A stretch of DNA of 64,000 bases from Auanema rhodensis (taxonomy: Eukaryota > Animalia > Nematoda). Positions 27,836-41,409 of the stretch are shown one piece after another. Position 1 is the first letter of the stretch. The number at the start of each line of letters is the position of its first letter. The stretch is taken from contig OZ059900.1 of assembly GCA_964057225.1 (NCBI GenBank), positions 8,246,001-8,310,000 of the forward strand, given 5' to 3'. The notes below the pieces were generated by a model. That model had not been told where the DNA came from. It did no database searches and was given only the letters and a program-made list of their open reading frames with translations. Made by a program: the position numbers and the translations under genes.

Positions 27836-30800
27836 TCATAAACTTTGACTATTTTTACATATATATGTTCAATTTTAACCACTTTGGTCAAAAAGGACCG
27901 AAAATATCAAGAATTATTGGTTTTTTGGGGATTGAAGGGCATTTTGGCAAAATCAGTCAAACTTTTGATCTTAAGCATATTTTTTTCTTCTAAAACGACT
28001 AAATATATGGAATACTGTCATAGAATGTTGATAGAGGTGTATTTTGCACGAATATCGAAACTGATTGAAATATGGGCCTTTTTATGCTCAAAACGCCATA
28101 TATTCAACGATTTTGGGTACAAAACATGTGAAAACTGTATGTTTTGATCAGACCCTTTGAGATATGGATTTGAAATTCAGGATTCATAAACTTCGACTAT
28201 TTTTACATATATATGTCCAATTTTAACCACTTTGGTCAAAAAGGACCGAAAATATCAAGAATTATTGGTTTTTTGGGGTTTGAAGGGCATTTTGGCTAAA
28301 TCAGTCAAACTTTTGATCTTAAGCATATTTTTTTCTTCTAAAACGACTAAATGTATGAAATACTGTCATAGAATGTTCATATAGGTGTATTTTGCACGAA
28401 TATCAAAACTGATTGAAATATGGGCCTTTTTATGCTCAAAACGCCATATATTCAACGATTTTGGGTACAAAACATGTGAAAACTGTATGTTTTGATCAGA
28501 CCCTTTGAGATATGGATTTGAAATTCAGGATTCATAAACTTTGACTATTTTTACATATATATGTCCAATTTTAACCACTTTGGTCAAAAAGGACCGAAAA
28601 TATGAAGAATTATTGGTTTTTTGGGGTTTGAAGGACATTTTGGCTGAATCAGTCAAACTTTTGATCTTAAGCATATTTTTTTCTTCTAAAACGACTAAAT
28701 GTATGAAATACTGTCATAGAATGTTCATATAGGTGTATTTTGCACGAATATCAAAACTGATTGAAATATGGGCCTTTTTATGCTCAAAACGCCATATATT
28801 CAACGATTTTGGGTACAAAACATGTGAAAACTGTATGTTTTGATCAGACCCTTTGAGATATGGATTTGAAATTCAGGATTCATAAACTTTGACTATTTTT
28901 ACATATATATGTTCAATTTTAACCACTTTGGTCAAAAAGGACCGAAAATATCAAGAATTATTGGTTTTTTGGGGATTGAAGGGCATTTTGGCAAAATCAG
29001 TCAAACTTTTGATCTTAAGCATATTTTTTTCTTCTAAAACGACTAAATGTATGGAATACTGTCATAGAATGTTGATAGAGGTGTATTTTGCACGAATATC
29101 GAAACTGATTGAAATATGGGCCTTTTTATGCTCAAAACGCCATATATTCAACGATTTTGGGTACAAAACATGTGAAAACTGTATGTTTTGATCAGACCCT
29201 TTGAGATATGGATTTGAAATTCAGGATTCATAAACTTCGACTATTTTTACATATATATGTCCAATTTTAACCACTTTGGTCAAAAAGGACCGAAAATATC
29301 AAGAATTATTGGTTTTTTGGGGTTTGAAGGGCATTTTGGCTAAATCAGTCAAACTTTTGATCTTAAGCATATTTTTTTCTTCTAAAACGACTAAATGTAT
29401 GAAATACTGTCATAGAATGTTCATATAGGTGTATTTTGCACGAATATCAAAACTGATTGAAATATGGGCCTTTTTATGCTCAAAACGCCATATATTCAAC
29501 GATTTTGGGTACAAAACATGTGAAAACTGTATGTTTTGATCAGACCCTTTGAGATATGGATTTGAAATTCAGGATTCATAAACTTTGACTATTTTTACAT
29601 ATATATGTCCAATTTTAACCACTTTGGTCAAAAAGGACCGAAAATATGAAGAATTATTGGTTTTTTGGGGTTTGAAGGACATTTTGGCTGAATCAGTCAA
29701 ACTTTTGATCTTAAGCATATTTTTTTCTTCTAAAACGACTAAATGTATGAAATACTGTCATAGAATGTTCATATAGGTGTATTTTGCACGAATATCAAAA
29801 CTGATTGAAATATGGGCCTTTTTATGCTCAAAACGCCATATATTCAACGATTTTGGGTACAAAACATGTGAAAACTGTATGTTTTGATCAGACCCTTTGA
29901 GATATGGATTTGAAATTCAGGATTCATAAACTTTGACTATTTTTACATATATATGTTCAATTTTAACCACTTTGGTCAAAAAGGACCGAAAATATCAAGA
30001 ATTATTGGTTTTTTGGGGATTGAAGGGCATTTTGGCAAAATCAGTCAAACTTTTGATCTTAAGCATATTTTTTTCTTCTAAAACGACTAAATGTATGGAA
30101 TACTGTCATAGAATGTTGATAGAGGTGTATTTTGCACGAATATCGAAACAGATTGAAATATGGGCCTTTTTATGCTCAAAACGCCATATATTCAACGATT
30201 TTGGGTACAAAACATGTGAAAACTGTATGTTTTGATCAGACCCTTTGAGATATGGATTTGAAATTCAGGATTCATAAACTTCGACTATTTTTACATATAT
30301 ATGTCCAATTTTAACCACTTTGGTCAAAAAGGACCGAAAATATCAAGAATTATTGGTTTTTTGGGGTTTGAAGGGCATTTTGGCTAAATCAGTCAAACTT
30401 TTGATCTTAAGCATATTTTTTTCTTCTAATACGACTAAATGTATGAAATACTGTCATAGAATGTTCATATAGGTGTATTTTGCACGAATATCAAAACTGA
30501 TTGAAATATGGGCCTTTTTATGCTCAAAACGCCATATATTCAACGATTTTGGGTACAAAACATGTGAAAACTGTATGTTTTGATCAGACCCTTTGAGATA
30601 TGGATTTGAAATTCAGGATTCATAAACTTTGACTATTTTTACATATATATGTTCAATTTTAACCACTTTGGTCAAAAAGGACCGAAAATATCAAGAATTA
30701 TTGGTTTTTTGGGGTTTGAAGGACATTTTGGCTGAATCAGTCAAACTTTTGATCTTAAGCATATTTTTTTCTTCTAAAACGACTAAATGTATGAAATACT

Positions 30801-30967
30801 GTCATAGAATGTTCATATAGGTGTATTTTGCACGAATATCGAAACTGATTGAAATATGGGCCTTTTTATGCTCAAAACGCCATATATTCAACGATTTTGG
30901 GTACAAAACATGTGAAAACTGTATGTTTTGATCAGACCCTTTGAGATATGGATTTGAAATTCAGGAT
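27836..30967 (+). repeat. Trimer (1044 bp) HOR, 3 copies
   Basis: The 100-aa ORF monomers start at 27845, 28889 and 29933. The GGCTGAATC variant is in the monomers at 28541, 29585 and 30629. Confidence 0.88.
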
Positions 30968-33751
30968 TCATAAACTTCGACTATTTTTACATATATATGT
31001 CCAATTTTAACCACTTTGGTCAAAAAGGACCGAAAATATCAAGAATTATTGGTTTTTTGGGGTTTGAAGGGCATTTTGGCTAAATCAGTCAAACTTTTGA
31101 TCTTAAGCATATTTTTTTTTTCTAAAACGACTAAATGTATGAAATACTGTCATAGAATGTTCATATAGGTGTATTTTGCACGAATATCAAAACTGATTGA
31201 AATATGGGCCTTTTTATGCTCAAAACGCCATATATTCAACGATTTTGGGTACAAAACATGTGAAAACTGTATGTTTTGATCAGACCCTTTGAGATATGGA
31301 TTTGAAATTCAGGATTCATAAACTTTGACTATTTTTACATATATATGTCCAATTTTAACCACTTTGGTCAAAAAGGACCGAAAATATCAAGAATTATTGG
31401 TTTTTTGGGGTTTGAAGGACATTTTGGCTAAATCAGTCAAACTTTTGATCTTAAGCATATTTTTTTCTTCTAAAACGACTAAATGTATGAAATACTGTCA
31501 TAGAATGTTCATATAGGTGTATTTTGCACGAATATCAAAACTGATTGAAATATGGGCCTTTTTATGCTCAAAACGCCATATATTCAACGATTTTGGGTAC
31601 AAAACATGTGAAAACTGTATGTTTTGATCAGAGCCTTTGAGATATGGATTTGAAATTCAGGATTCATAAACTTTGACTATTTTTACATATATATGTCCAA
31701 TTTTAACCACTTTGGTCAAAAAGGACCGAAAATATCAAGAATTATTGGTTTTTTGGGGATTGAAGGGCATTTTGGCAAAATCAGTCAAACTTTTGATCTT
31801 AAGCATATTTTTTTCTTCTAAAACGACTAAATGTATGAAATACTGTCATAGAATGTTCATATAGGTGTATTTTGCACGAATATCAAAACTGATTGAAATA
31901 TGGGCCTTTTTATGCTCAAAACGCCATATATTCAACGATTTTGGGTACAAAACATGTGAAAACTGTATGTTTTGATCAGACCCTTTGAGATATGGATTTG
32001 AAATTCAGGATTCATAAACTTTGACTATTTTTACATAAATATGTTCAATTTTAACCACTTTGGTCAAAAAGGACCGAAAATATCAAGAATTATTGGTTTT
32101 TTGGGGTTTGAAGGGCATTTTGGCTAAATCAGTCAAACTTTTGATCTTAAGAATATTTTTTTCTTCTAAAACGACTAAATGTATGAAATACTGTCATAGA
32201 ATGTTCATATAGGTGTATTTTGCACGAATATCAAAACTGATTGAAATATGGGCCTTTTTATGCTCAAAACGCCATATATTCAACGATTTTGGGTACAAAA
32301 CATGTGAAAACTGTATGTTTTGATCAGACCCTTTGAGATATGGATTTGAAATTCAGGATTCATAAACTTTGACTATTTTTACATATATATGTCCAATTTT
32401 AACCACTTTGGTCAAAAAGGACCGAAAATATCAAGAATTATTGGTTTTTTGGGGATTGAAGGGCATTTTGGCAAAATCAGTCAAACTTTTGATCTTAAGC
32501 ATATTTTTTTCTTCTAAAACGACTAAATGTATGAAATACTGTCATAGAATGTTCATATAGGTGTATTTTGCACGAATATCAAAACTGATTGAAATATGGG
32601 CCTTTTTATGCTCAAAACGCCATATATTCAACGATTTTGGGTACAAAACATGTGAAAACTGTATGTTTTGATCAGACCCTTTGAGATATGGATTTGAAAT
32701 TCAGGATTCATAAACTTTGACTATTTTTACATATATATGTCCAATTTTAACCACTTTGGTCAAAAAGGACCGAAAATATCAAGAATTATTGGTTTTTTGG
32801 GGTTTGAAGGGCATTTTGGCAAAATCAGTCAAACTTTTGATCTTAAGCATATTTTTTTCTTCTAAAACAACTAAATGTATGAAATACTGTCATAGAATGT
32901 TCATATAGGTGTATTTTGCACGAATATCAAAACTGATTGAAATATGGGCCTTTTTATGCTCAAAACGCCATATATTCAACGATTTTGGGTACAAAACATG
33001 TGAAAACTGTATGTTTTGATCAGACCCTTTGAGATATGGATTTGAAATTCAGGATTCATAAACTTTGACTATTTTTACATATATATGTCCAATTTTAACC
33101 ACTTTGGTCAAAAAGGACCTAAAATATCAAGAATTATTGGTTTTTTGGGGATTGAAGGGCATTTTGGCAAAATCAGTCAAACTTTTGATCTTAAGCATAT
33201 TTTTTTCTTCTAAAACGACTAAATGTATGAAATACTGTCAAAAAATGTTCATATAGGTGTATTTTGCACGAATATCAAAACTGATTGAAATATGGGCCTT
33301 TTTATGCTCAAAACGCCATATATTCAACGATTTTGGGTACAAAACATGTGAAAACTGTATGTTTTGATCAGACCCTTTGAGATATGGATTTGAAATTCAG
33401 GATTCATAAACTTTGACTATTTTTACATATATATGTTCAATTTTAACCACTTTGGTCAAAAAGGACCGAAAATATCAAGAATTATTGGTTTTTTGGGGAT
33501 TGAAGGGCATTTTGGCAAAATCAGTCAAACTTTTGATCTTAAGCATATTTTTTTCTTCTAAAACGACTAAATGTATGGAATACTGTCATAGAATGTTGAT
33601 AGAGGTGTATTTTGCACGAATATCGAAACTGATTGAAATATGGGCCTTTTTATGCTCAAAACGCCATATATTCAACGATTTTGGGTACAACACATGTGAA
33701 AACTGTATGTTTTGATCAGACCCTTTGAGATATGGATTTGAAATTCAGGAT

Positions 33752-36700
33752 TCATAAACTTTGACTATTTTTACATATATATGTCCAATTTTAACCACTT
33801 TGGTCAAAAAGGACCGAAAATATCAAGAATTATTGGTTTTTTGGGGATTGAAGGGCATTTTGGCAAAATCAGTCAAACTTTTGATCATAAGCATATTTTT
33901 TTCTTCTAAAACGACTAAATGTATGGAATACTGTCATAGAATGTTGATATAGGTGTATTTTGCACGAATATCGAAACTGATTGAAATATGGGCCTTTTTA
34001 TGCTCAAAACGCCATATATTCAACGATTTTGGGTACAAAACATGTGAAAACTGTATGTTTTGATCAGACCCTTTGAGATATGGATTTGAAATTCAGGATT
34101 CATAAACTTTGACTATTTTTACATATATATGTCCAATTTTAACCACTTTGGTCAAAAAGGACCGAAAATATCAAGAATTATTGGTTTTTTGGGGTTTGAA
34201 GGGCATTTTGGCAAAATCAGTCAAACTTTTGATCTTAAGCATATTTTTTTCTTCTAAAACAACTAAATGTATGAAATACTGTCATAGAATGTTCATATAG
34301 GTGTATTTTGCACGAATATCAAAACTGATTGAAATATGGGCCTTTTTATGCTCAAAACGCCATATATTCAACGATTTTGGGTACAAAACATGTGAAAACT
34401 GTATGTTTTGATCAGACCCTTTGAGATATGGATTTGAAATTCAGGATTCATAAACTTTGACTATTTTTACATATATATGTCCAATTTTAACCACTTTGGT
34501 CAAAAAGGACCGAAAATATCAAGAATTATTGGTTTTTTGGGGTTTGAAGGGCATTTTGGCAAAATCAGTCAAACTTTTGATCTTAAGCATATTTTTTTCT
34601 TCTAAAACAACTAAATGTATGAAATACTGTCATAGAATGTTCATATAGGTGTATTTTGCACGAATATCAAAACTGATTGAAATATGGGCCTTTTTATGCT
34701 CAAAACGCCATATATTCAACGATTTTGGGTACAAAACATGTGAAAACTGTATGTTTTGATCAGACCCTTTGAGATATGGATTTGAAATTCAGGATTCATA
34801 AACTTTGACTATTTTTACATATATATGTCCAATTTTAACCACTTTGGTCAAAAAGGACCGAAAATATCAAGAATTATTGGTTTTTTGGGGTTTGAAGGGC
34901 ATTTTGGCTAAATCAGTCAAACTTTTGATCTTAAGCATATTTTTTTCTTCTAAAACGACTAAATGTATGGAATACTGTCATAGAATGTTCATATAAGTGT
35001 ATTTTGCACGAATATCAAAACTGATTGAAATATGGGCCTTTTTATGCTCAAAACGCCATATATTCAACGATTTTGGGTACAAAACATGTGAAAACTGTAT
35101 GTTTTGATCAGACCCTTTGAGATATGGATTTGAAATTCAGGATTCATAAACTTTGACTATTTTCACATATATATGTTCAATTTTAACCACTTTGGTCAAA
35201 AAGGACCGAAAATATCAAGAATTATTGGTTTTTTGGGGTTTGAAGGACATTTTGGCTAAATCAGTCAAACTTTTGATCTTAAGCATATTTTTTTCTTCTA
35301 AAACGACTAAATGTATGAAATACTGTCAAAGAATGTTCATATAGGTGTATTTTGCACGAATATCAAAACTGATTGAAATATGGGCCTTTTTATGCTCAAA
35401 ACGCCATATATATTCAACGATTTTGGGTACAAAACATGTGAAAACTGTATGTTTTGATCAGACCCTTTGAGATATGGATTTGAAATTCAGGATTCATAAA
35501 CTTTGACTATTTTTACATATATATGTTCAATTTTAACCACTTTGGTCAAAAAGGACCGAAAATATCAAGAATTATTGGTTTTTTGGGGATTGAAGGGCAT
35601 TTTGGCAAAATCAGTCAAACTTTTGATCTTAAGCATATTTTTTTCTTCTAAAACGACTAAATGTATGGAATACTGTCATAGAATGTTGATAGAGGTGTAT
35701 TTTGCACGAATATCGAAACTGATTGAAATATGGGCCTTTTTATGCTCAAAACGCCATATATTCAACGATTTTGGGTACAAAACATGTGAAAACTGTATGT
35801 TTTGATCAGACCCTTTGAGATATGGATTTGAAATTCAGGATTCATAAACTTCGACTATTTTTACATATATATGTCCAATTTAAACCACTTTGGTCAAAAA
35901 GGACCGAAAATATCAAGAATTATTGGTTTTTTGGGGTTTGAAGGGCATTTTGGCTAAATCAGTCAAACTTTTGATCTTAAGCATATTTTTTTCTTCTAAA
36001 ACGACTAAATGTATGAAATACTGTCATAGAATGTTCATATAGGTGTATTTTGCACGAATATCAAAACTGATTGAAATATGGGCCTTTTTATGCTCAAAAC
36101 GCCATATATTCAACGATTTTGGGTACAAAACATGTGAAAACTGTATGTTTTGATCAGACCCTTTGAGATATGGATTTGAAATTCAGGATTCATAAACTTT
36201 GACTATTTTTACATATATATGTCCAATTTTAACCACTTTGGTCAAAAAGGACCGAAAATATGAAGAATTATTGGTTTTTTGGGGTTTGAAGGACATTTTG
36301 GCTGAATCAGTCAAACTTTTGATCTTAAGCATATTTTTTTCTTCTAAAACGACTAAATGTATGAAATACTGTCATAGAATGTTCATATAGGTGTATTTTG
36401 CACGAATATCAAAACTGATTGAAATATGGGCCTTTTTATGCTCAAAACGCCATATATTCAACGATTTTGGGTACAAAACATGTGAAAACTGTATGTTTTG
36501 ATCAGACCCTTTGAGATATGGATTTGAAATTCAGGATTCATAAACTTTGACTATTTTTACATATATATGTTCAATTTTAACCACTTTGGTCAAAAAGGAC
36601 CGAAAATATCAAGAATTATTGGTTTTTTGGGGATTGAAGGGCATTTTGGCAAAATCAGTCAAACTTTTGATCTTAAGCATATTTTTTTCTTCTAAAACGA

Positions 36701-39700
36701 CTAAATGTATGGAATACTGTCATAGAATGTTGATAGAGGTGTATTTTGCACGAATATCGAAACTGATTGAAATATGGGCCTTTTTATGCTCAAAACGCCA
36801 TATATTCAACGATTTTGGGTACAAAACATGTGAAAACTGTATGTTTTGATCAGACCCTTTGAGATATGGATTTGAAATTCAGGATTCATAAACTTCGACT
36901 ATTTTTACATATATATGTCCAATTTTAACCACTTTGGTCAAAAAGGACCGAAAATATCAAGAATTATTGGTTTTTTGGGGTTTGAAGGGCATTTTGGCTA
37001 AATCAGTCAAACTTTTGATCTTAAGCATATTTTTTTCTTCTAAAACGACTAAATGTATGAAATACTGTCATAGAATGTTCATATAGGTGTATTTTGCACG
37101 AATATCAAAACTGATTGAAATATGGGCCTTTTTATGCTCAAAACGCCATATATTCAACGATTTTGGGTACAAAACATGTGAAAACTGTATGTTTTGATCA
37201 GACCCTTTGAGATATGGATTTGAAATTCAGGATTCATAAACTTTGACTATTTTTACATATATATGTCCAATTTTAACCACTTTGGTCAAAAAGGACCGAA
37301 AATATGAAGAATTATTGGTTTTTTGGGGTTTGAAGGACATTTTGGCTGAATCAGTCAAACTTTTGATCTTAAGCATATTTTTTTCTTCTAAAACGACTAA
37401 ATGTATGAAATACTGTCATAGAATGTTCATATAGGTGTATTTTGCACGAATATCAAAACTGATTGAAATATGGGCCTTTTTATGCTCAAAACGCCATATA
37501 TTCAACGATTTTGGGTACAAAACATGTGAAAACTGTATGTTTTGATCAGACCCTTTGAGATATGGATTTGAAATTCAGGATTCATAAACTTTGACTATTT
37601 TTACATATATATGTTCAATTTTAACCACTTTGGTCAAAAAGGACCGAAAATATCAAGAATTATTGGTTTTTTGGGGTTTGAAGGACATTTTGGCTGAATC
37701 AGTCAAACTTTTGATCTTAAGCATATTTTTTTCTTCTAAAACGACTAAATGTATGAAATACTGTCATAGAATGTTCATATAGGTGTATTTTGCACGAATA
37801 TCGAAACTGATTGAAATATGGGCCTTTTTATGCTCAAAACACCATATATTCAACGATTTTGGGTACAAAACATGTGAAAACTGTATGTTTTGATCAGACC
37901 CTTTGAGATATGGATTTGAAATTCAGGATTCATAAACTTTGACTATTTTCACATATATATGTTCAATTTTAACCACTTTGGTCAAAAAGGACCGAAAATA
38001 TCAAGAATTATTGGTTTTTTGGGGTTTGAAGGACATTTTGGCTAAATCAGTCAAACTTTTGATCTTAAGCATATTTTTTTCTTCTAAAACGACTAAATGT
38101 ATGAAATACTGTCAAAGAATGTTCATATAGGTGTATTTTGCACGAATATCAAAACTGATTGAAATATGGGCCTTTTTATGCTCAAAACGCCATATATTCA
38201 ACGATTTTGGGTACAAAACATGTGAAAACTGTATGTTTTGATCAGACCCTTTGAGATATGGATTTGAAATTCAGGATTCATAAACTTTGACTATTTTTAC
38301 ATATATATGTTCAATTTCAACCACTTTGGTCAAAAAGGACCGAAAATATCAAGAATTATTGGTTTTTTGGGGATTGAAGGGCATTTTGGCAAAATCAGTC
38401 AAACTTTTGATCTTAAGCATATTTTTTTCTTCTAAAACGACTAAATGTATGGAATACTGTCATAGAATGTTGATAGAGGTGTATTTTGCACGAATATCGA
38501 AACTGATTGAAATATGGGCCTTTTTATGCTCAAAACGCCATATATTCAACGATTTTGGGTACAAAACATGTGAAAACTGTATGTTTTGATCAGACCCTTT
38601 GAGATATGGATTTGAAATTCAGGATTCATAAACTTCGACTATTTTTACATATATATGTCCAATTTTAACCACTTTGGTCAAAAAGGACCGAAAATATCAA
38701 GAATTATTGGTTTTTTGGGGTTTGAAGGGCATTTTGGCTAAATCAGTCAAACTTTTGATCTTAAGCATATTTTTTTCTTCTAAAACGACTAAATGTATGA
38801 AATACTGTCATAGAATGTTCATATAGGTGTATTTTGCACGAATATCAAAACTGATTGAAATATGGGCCTTTTTATGCTCAAAACGCCATATATTCAACGA
38901 TTTTGGGTACAAAACATGTGAAAACTGTATGTTTTGATCAGACCCTTTGAGATATGGATTTGAAATTCAGGATTCATAAACTTTGACTATTTTTACATAT
39001 ATATGTCCAATTTTAACCACTTTGGTCAAAAAGGACCGAAAATATGAAGAATTATTGGTTTTTTGGGGTTTGAAGGACATTTTGGCTGAATCAGTCAAAC
39101 TTTTGATCTTAAGCATATTTTTTTCTTCTAAAACGACTAAATGTATGAAATACTGTCATAGAATGTTCATATAGGTGTATTTTGCACGAATATCAAAACT
39201 GATTGAAATATGGGCCTTTTTATGCTCAAAACGCCATATATTCAACGATTTTGGGTACAAAACATGTGAAAACTGTATGTTTTGATCAGACCCTTTGAGA
39301 TATGGATTTGAAATTCAGGATTCATAAACTTTGACTATTTTTACATATATATGTTCAATTTTAACCACGTTGGTCAAAAAGGACCGAAAATATCAAGAAT
39401 TATTGGTTTTTTGGGGATTGAAGGGCATTTTGGCAAAATCAGTCAAACTTTTGATCTTAAGCATATTTTTTTCTTCTAAAACGACTAAATGTATGGAATA
39501 CTGTCATAGAATGTTGATAGAGGTGTATTTTGCACGAATATCGAAACTGATTGAAATATGGGCCTTTTTATGCTCAAAACGCCATATATTCAACGATTTT
39601 GGGTACAAAACATGTGAAAACTGTATGTTTTGATCAGACCCTTTGAGATATGGATTTGAAATTCAGGATTCATAAACTTTGACTATTTTTACATATATAT

Positions 39701-41409
39701 GTCCAATTTTAACCACTTTGGTCAAAAAGGACCGAAAATATGAAGAATTATTGGTTTTTTGGGGTTTGAAGGACATTTTGACTGAATCAGTCAAACTTTT
39801 GATCTTAAGCATATTTTTTTCTTCTAAAACGACTAAATGTATGAAATACTGTCATAGAATGTTCATATAGGTGTATTTTGCACGAATATCAAAACTGATT
39901 GAAATATGGGCCTTTTTATGCTCAAAACGCCATATATTCAACGATTTTGGGTACAAAACATGTGAAAACTGTATGTTTTGATCAGACCCTTTGAGATATG
40001 GATTTGAAATTCAGGATTCATAAACTTTGACTATTTTTACATATATATGTCCAATTTTAACCACTTTGGTCAAAAAGGACCGAAAATATGAAGAATTATT
40101 GGTTTTTTGGGGTTTGAAGGACATTTTGACTGAATCAGTCAAACTTTTGATCTTAAGCATATTTTTTTCTTCTAAAACGACTAAATGTATGAAATACTGT
40201 CATAGAATGTTCATATAGGTGTATTTTGCACGAATATCAAAACTGATTGAAATATGGGCCTTTTTATGCTCAAAACGCCATATATTCAACGATTTTGGGT
40301 ACAAAACATGTGAAAACTGTATGTTTTGATCAGACCCTTTGAGATATGGATTTGAAATTCAGGATTCATAAACTTTGACTATTTTTACATATATATGTTC
40401 AATTTTAACCACTTTGGTCAAAAAGGACCGAAAATATCAAGAATTATTGGTTTTTTGGGGTTTGAAGGACATTTTGGCTGAATCAGTCAAACTTTTGATC
40501 TTAAGCATATTTTTTTCTTCTAAAACGACTAAATGTATGAAATACTGTCATAGAATGTTCATATAGGTGTATTTTGCACGAATATCGAAACTGATTGAAA
40601 TATGGGCCTTTTTATGCTCAAAACGCCATATATTCAACGATTTTGGGTACAAAACATGTGAAAACTGTATGTTTTGATCAGACCCTTTGAGATATGGATT
40701 TGAAATTCAGGATTCATAAACTTCGACTATTTTTACATATATATGTCCAATTTTAACCACTTTGGTCAAAAAGGACCGAAAATATCAAGAATTATTGGTT
40801 TTTTGGGGTTTGAAGGGCATTTTGGCTAAATCAGTCAAACTTTTGATCTTAAGCATATTTTTTTTTTCTAAAACGACTAAATGTATGAAATACTGTCATA
40901 GAATGTTCATATAGGTGTATTTTGCACGAATATCAAAACTGATTGAAATATGGGCCTTTTTATGCTCAAAACGCCATATATTCAACGATTTTGGGTACAA
41001 AACATGTGAAAACTGTATGTTTTGATCAGACCCTTTGAGATATGGATTTGAAATTCAGGATTCATAAACTTTGACTATTTTTACATATATATGTCCAATT
41101 TTAACCACTTTGGTCAAAAAGGACCGAAAATATCAAGAATTATTGGTTTTTTGGGGTTTGAAGGACATTTTGGCTAAATCAGTCAAACTTTTGATCTTAA
41201 GCATATTTTTTTCTTCTAAAACGACTAAATGTATGAAATACTGTCATAGAATGTTCATATAGGTGTATTTTGCACGAATATCAAAACTGATTGAAATATG
41301 GGCCTTTTTATGCTCAAAACGCCATATATTCAACGATTTTGGGTACAAAACATGTGAAAACTGTATGTTTTGATCAGAGCCTTTGAGATATGGATTTGAA
41401 ATTCAGGAT
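33752..41409 (+). repeat. Two further rearranged copies of the 26.4-31.7 kb block
   Basis: GATCATAAG is shared by the monomers at 26453 and 33761 (21x348). TATGAAGAA occurs at 28604, 29648, 36262, 37306, 39046, 39742 and 40090. GAGCCTTT occurs at 31633 and 41379. Confidence 0.8.
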
